Origin: Alphaproteobacteria bacterium
GTDB taxonomy: Bacteria; Pseudomonadota; Alphaproteobacteria; UBA2966
Length of the DNA: 64,000 nt
Reading direction: 5' to 3'
Assembly (NCBI GenBank): GCA_964291395.2
Contig: OZ219856.1
Span: forward strand, 1,056,001 to 1,120,000
Shown: positions 59,999 to 64,000 of the stretch, one piece after another
Position numbering within the stretch: position 1 is the first letter of the stretch
Layout of the letters: each line of letters begins with the position of its first letter
Translations under genes and position numbers: made by a program
Notes under the pieces: model-generated
Seen by the model: the letters and a program-made list of their open reading frames with translations, nothing else
The model's database searches: none
What the model was told of the DNA's origin: nothing

Positions 59999-60433
59999 AT
60001 GCCCTCCGAAGCCATCGTCATTGCCTCCGATCATGCCGGGTATGAGCTCAAGGAAGTCCTCAAGCAGGAGCTGACGACCATGGGCTACCGGGTGTTGGAT
60101 TTGGGGACCGGCAGCACGGAATCCGTGGATTATCCTGATTTTGGACGCGCCGCCGCGAAAGCCATCGCCGACGGCCGGAGCTCACGTGGGATCATCGTCT
60201 GCGGAACCGGAATCGGTATTTCCATCGCGGCTAATCGACATCCCGGGATCAGAGCAGCCTTGTGCCACGACGTGGAGACCGCGCGGCTGGGGCGGGAGCA
60301 CAATGATGCCAATCTGTTGGCGCTGGGAGGACGGACGACGGACCTTGAAACGGCAAAGGCTTGCCTGAAGACGTTCCTCGAGACGCCGTACGATGGCGGC
60401 CGGCATGAACCGCGGGTCGCGAAGCTCGCGTGA
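59999..60433 (+). CDS. rpiB: Ribose-5-phosphate isomerase B
   Basis: ASDHAGYELK, SVDYPD, CGTGIGISIAANR, REHNDAN, GGRH. Confidence 0.95.
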   Translation: MPSEAIVIASDHAGYELKEVLKQELTTMGYRVLDLGTGSTESVDYPDFGRAAAKAIADGRSSRGIIVCGTGIGISIAANRHPGIRAALCHDVETARLGREHNDANLLALGGRTTDLETAKACLKTFLETPYDGGRHEPRVAKLA

Positions 60434-60630
60434 TCGAGGGGACGGCGGGAGATCACCGAATTATGAACCGATCTTCGTGGGGGCATCCGAAACCTGGAAT
60501 GACCGTCGCGGGGCCAACGCGGTTGAAACACGGTTGGGCCTGGACGTCGGCGTCCTTGAATGACGCCGGGTCGGAGATATCCGGATCCGTCATGATCGCG
60601 CAAAGCTCAGTGTTGGGAGTGGGGTGAACC

Positions 60631-61092
60631 ATGCGCTGTCCGTTTTGTGGAGCAGAAGATACTCAGGTGAAGGACTCCCGTCCCACCGAGGACAAGAATG
60701 CGATTCGCCGGCGCCGCTTCTGCCCCGATTGTGGATCCCGTTTTACGACCTTCGAACGGGTGCAGCTTCGGGAACTCACGGTGGTCAAGAAGAATAATCA
60801 GAGGGTGCCGTTCGATCGCGACAAGCTCGTGCGTTCCGTGCTCGTGGCTACGCGCAAGCGCCCTGTGGAGCCCGAGCGGATCGATCGAATGATCAGTGGC
60901 ATCGTCCGGCAGCTGGAGAGCCTCGGGGAAACGGAAGTTTCATCCGACGTCATTGGCAAGATCGTCATGGACGCGCTGTCCAACCTGGACCAGGTCGCAT
61001 ATGTACGCTTCGCGTCCGTCTATCGGAACTTTCGCGAGGCTCGCGACTTCGAAGAATTCATCGGCGAACTGAGTGGCGCAAAAGACGACTGA
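60631..61092 (+). CDS. nrdR: Transcriptional repressor NrdR
   Basis: MRCPFC...VKDSR...RRRRFCPDC...RFTTFE...AYVRFASVY. Confidence 0.97.
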   Translation: MRCPFCGAEDTQVKDSRPTEDKNAIRRRRFCPDCGSRFTTFERVQLRELTVVKKNNQRVPFDRDKLVRSVLVATRKRPVEPERIDRMISGIVRQLESLGETEVSSDVIGKIVMDALSNLDQVAYVRFASVYRNFREARDFEEFIGELSGAKDD

Positions 61093-62227
61093 TCCCGCCG
61101 ACGCCTCCTTCATGACAGCCGCGCTCGGCGTGGCCCGGCGAGGGCTCGGCCGGGTTTGGCCCAACCCCGCGGTAGGGTGCGTCATCGTTCGGGACAACCG
61201 TGCGGTTGGACGCGGTTGGACGTGTGAGGGCGGGAGGCCGCATGCGGAAACCGAGGCGTTGCGCAGGGCTGGCGATCTTGCGGCGGGGTCTACCGCATAT
61301 GTCACGCTCGAACCCTGCGCACACCACGGCGAGACACCGCCTTGCTGCGAAGCGCTGGTGGAGGCAGGCGTGGAACGCGTGGTGGTTGCATGTATCGACC
61401 CTGATCCGCGCGTCGACGGTGCCGGCGTCAAAGCGCTGCGCACCGCCGGTGTGGATGTCGACGTCGGGGTATGCGCCGACGCGGCGCGGGAATTAAACGC
61501 CGGCTTTCTTCTGCGGGTGACGGAGGGACGGCCGCTGATAACGTTGAAGCTGGCCAGCAGTCTCGACGGCAGGATCGCGACGCGGACCGGTCACAGCCGT
61601 TGGATCACGGGCGAAGCCGCGCGGGCCCAGGCCCACGCCCTTCGGGCCCGGCATGACGCGATCCTCGTTGGGGGAGGGACGGTGATTACCGACAATCCGC
61701 GGCTGACTTGTAGATTGCCGGGACTCGAAGAGCGTTCGCCGGTACGGATCGTCGTCGACGGTCATTTGTCCTTTCCGCTCACGGCGGATGTCGTGGCCTC
61801 CGCCTTGACCACTCCGACATGGGTCATCACACTGCCCAGCGCCGACGCCGGTCGGCGCAAGGCCTTGGCGGACAGCGGGGTTGAAATCATCGAAGTGGCG
61901 GCGGATTCGGCGGGAAGACCGGATCTGCAACAAGCCATGAAGAGCCTGGGTTCGTTGGGTTTGACTCGAATTCTCGTGGAAGGCGGCAGCCGGATTGCCG
62001 GCGCCTTGATTCGCGATGGCTTGGTTGATCGCGTGGTTTGGTTTCGGGCGCCCACTGTGCTGGGCGGCGATGGAACGCCCGCTGTAGCGGGATTTGGTGT
62101 GGAAAACGTGGCCGAGGCCCCCATGCTTCGGCAGATGGAGTCGGCCAGAATAGGTAGCGACGTCATGGAGTCCTACATCGTGGAACGTTCGTTCGACACC
62201 GGCAGCCGAGATCCCGACGAGGGCTGA
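61073..62227 (+). CDS. ribD: Bifunctional riboflavin deaminase/reductase
   Basis: [37 protein letters not shown]. Confidence 0.95.
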   Translation: MAQKTTDPADASFMTAALGVARRGLGRVWPNPAVGCVIVRDNRAVGRGWTCEGGRPHAETEALRRAGDLAAGSTAYVTLEPCAHHGETPPCCEALVEAGVERVVVACIDPDPRVDGAGVKALRTAGVDVDVGVCADAARELNAGFLLRVTEGRPLITLKLASSLDGRIATRTGHSRWITGEAARAQAHALRARHDAILVGGGTVITDNPRLTCRLPGLEERSPVRIVVDGHLSFPLTADVVASALTTPTWVITLPSADAGRRKALADSGVEIIEVAADSAGRPDLQQAMKSLGSLGLTRILVEGGSRIAGALIRDGLVDRVVWFRAPTVLGGDGTPAVAGFGVENVAEAPMLRQMESARIGSDVMESYIVERSFDTGSRDPDEG

Positions 62228-62231
62228 GCCC

Positions 62232-62834
62232 GTGTTTACCGGTATCATCACGGATATGGGGCGGGTACGTGCCGTGGAATCGAACGGGGACACCCGGTTC
62301 ACGATCGATACGGCGTACGGCCTTTCGGAGATCGACATCGGTGCCTCCATCGCATGCGCGGGTGTGTGTCTGACGGTCGTTGACAAATCCCCAAGCGTCG
62401 ACTCGGCAAGTAGCTTTTCGGTTACGGCCTCAGCCGAAACATTGTCGAAAACAACGCTTGGAGACTGGACGGAGGGAACGTACGTCAATCTCGAGAAAAG
62501 CCTCAGGGTGGGAGATGAACTGGGTGGCCACATCGTTACGGGCCACGTCGACGGCACTGTCACAATCGTTTCAACGGTTCAGGAAGGAGATTCCATCCGG
62601 TTCGTGTTCCGGATCGAAGACGCGTTGAGGCGTTTCGTCGCTCCGAAAGGCTCGATCGCCCTCGATGGTGTGTCTCTGACCGTGAATGAAGTGGAAGGCG
62701 ATACGTTTGGCGTGAACATTATTCCCCATACGCGCGCCGCGACAACGTTTGGCGAGGCTGCACGAGGCGGCAGAGCCAACCTGGAAATCGACGTGCTGGC
62801 CAGGTATGTCGCGCGCCTGGCGGAGGATGGATGA
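62232..62834 (+). CDS. ribE: Riboflavin synthase (alpha chain)
   Basis: MFTGII, GVCLTV, GGHIVTGHVDG, GVSLTVN. Confidence 0.95.
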   Translation: MFTGIITDMGRVRAVESNGDTRFTIDTAYGLSEIDIGASIACAGVCLTVVDKSPSVDSASSFSVTASAETLSKTTLGDWTEGTYVNLEKSLRVGDELGGHIVTGHVDGTVTIVSTVQEGDSIRFVFRIEDALRRFVAPKGSIALDGVSLTVNEVEGDTFGVNIIPHTRAATTFGEAARGGRANLEIDVLARYVARLAEDG

Positions 62835-63955
62835 CCGTATCGGATCTCGACTATCTGACGGACGCCGAAGGGATCGTCGAGGAATTCCGGCGTGGCCGCA
62901 TGGTTATCCTCATCGACGACGAGGGGCGGGAGAACGAGGGTGATCTCGTGATACCTGCCGAGCTTGCCGATGCCGACGCCGTCAATTTCATGGCAAAGTA
63001 CGGGCGAGGATTGGTCTGCCTCGCGTTGACGGCGGAACGGGTCCGCGAACTCGACCTACCGTTGATGGCGCGGACGAACGAGTCACGCCACCAGACGGCC
63101 TTTACCGTCTCGATCGAGGCTCGAGAGGGCGTCACCACGGGAATCTCGGCGGCGGACCGCGCACGCACGATTGCGGTTGCCATCGATCCCGCGTCCGGCA
63201 AATCCGACATCGGCAGTCCCGGACATGTATTCCCTCTCATCGCGCGGGACGGTGGCGTTCTTGTGAGGGCGGGCCATACCGAGGCTGCAGTCGATCTCGC
63301 GAGAATGGCGGGATACGCGCCGGCCGGCGTGATCTGCGAGATCATGAACGATGACGGCACCATGGCCCGGCTGACCGATCTCGTGAAGTTCGCCCAATTT
63401 CACAATCTCAAGATCGCCACTATCGCGGACTTGATCGCCTATCGGCGTCGCAACGAAACGATCGTCAAGCGCACCCACGAAATCGATTTCGAGAGTCGGT
63501 ATGGGGGGAGGTTCCGTCTCGTCGTGTACGTCAATCAGGTCGAATACGCGGAGCACATCGCGCTGGTTAAGGGCGATGTCGGTGACGGCGACCCGGTGCT
63601 CGTGCGCATGCATTCGCTCAACGTCCTCGAAGATCTTCTCGGGGACGAACCTGACCGCGGATCACAGCTTCACGCGGCGATGGCTGAGGTCGGCCGCCGG
63701 GGGCGGGGAGTGGTGGTCCTGATTCGCGAACCGCGGCCAACCGCCCTGTCCGATCTCGTGGAACGGCGATTGGGCGTCCGGGAGGCTCAGTCGGTCAGAC
63801 TGCGCGACTACGGAACGGGCGCCCAGATCCTCCTCGACTTGGGCGTGAAGGACATGATCCTCCTCTCCAATACGGCCCGGCGGACGATCGTGGGATTGGA
63901 CGGTTATGGCCTGTCGGTGATCGACGTTCGGCCGATACCGCCGATGGAAGGCTGA
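62831..63955 (+). CDS. ribB: 3,4-dihydroxy-2-butanone-4-phosphate synthase fused to a degenerate GTP cyclohydrolase II-like domain (RibBX type)
   Basis: DDEGRENEGD, TAFTVSIEA, RAGHTEA, CEIMNDDG; the C-terminal domain reads RMHSLNVLED and lacks the Zn-binding cysteines. Confidence 0.92.
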   Translation: MTVSDLDYLTDAEGIVEEFRRGRMVILIDDEGRENEGDLVIPAELADADAVNFMAKYGRGLVCLALTAERVRELDLPLMARTNESRHQTAFTVSIEAREGVTTGISAADRARTIAVAIDPASGKSDIGSPGHVFPLIARDGGVLVRAGHTEAAVDLARMAGYAPAGVICEIMNDDGTMARLTDLVKFAQFHNLKIATIADLIAYRRRNETIVKRTHEIDFESRYGGRFRLVVYVNQVEYAEHIALVKGDVGDGDPVLVRMHSLNVLEDLLGDEPDRGSQLHAAMAEVGRRGRGVVVLIREPRPTALSDLVERRLGVREAQSVRLRDYGTGAQILLDLGVKDMILLSNTARRTIVGLDGYGLSVIDVRPIPPMEG

Positions 63956-63958
63956 CCG

Positions 63959-64000
63959 ATGGCTGACGCACCGTATCTGCTCGTCGTCGAAGCCCGATTT
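63959..64000 (+). CDS. ribH: 6,7-dimethyl-8-ribityllumazine synthase (start only, runs off the right edge)
   Basis: MADAPYLLVVEARF matches the RibH N-terminus; expected position after ribB. Confidence 0.7.
   Translation, partial: MADAPYLLVVEARF

Noticed and set aside
60430-60627. 65-aa ORF between rpiB and nrdR
   Set aside because: No recognisable motif and no visible similarity to glyA; treated as intergenic.

Overview
GC-rich window from an alphaproteobacterium, probably Rhodospirillales-like. Markers are the hemA 5-aminolevulinate synthase, a MucR/Ros regulator and the rpiB-nrdR-ribD-ribE-ribBX-ribH block. Layout: (1) 1-21.9 kb is catabolic: a divergent AnmK-like kinase, a CoA-transferase, a hydantoinase/oxoprolinase pair, a ~10 kb minus-strand operon (MocD/MocE-like oxygenase, TTC38-like TPR protein, class III aminotransferase, anchorless SdhA/SdhB-like pair, acyl-CoA ligase, hydratase, dehydrogenase), betC, acyl-CoA dehydrogenase/MaoC and a frameshifted HIT gene. 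(2) ~21.9-31.0 kb is a decayed accessory island with AbiE-type and BrnT-HTH toxin-antitoxin pairs, Fic and NYN genes, remnants of IS5, IS66, IS21 and IS3 elements and of a serine recombinase, and scrambled autotransporter-like fragments. (3) 31-50 kb holds an amidohydrolase, an AhpD/CMD-family gene, LLM/TauD/2OG oxygenases, gcdH, hemA and the liv operon. (4) 50-60 kb holds a HAAT-type ABC transporter converging on tmm-tdm (TMA/TMAO catabolism). (5) 60-64 kb holds riboflavin genes. The strongest hidden signal is the AhpD-like gene at 32504-33085. The ORF track splits it in two, but its in-frame TGA sits at the second Cys of the CxxC motif and is followed by a SECIS-like hairpin, so it is a candidate selenoprotein. 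All family calls come from motif recognition by eye; no database searches were run.
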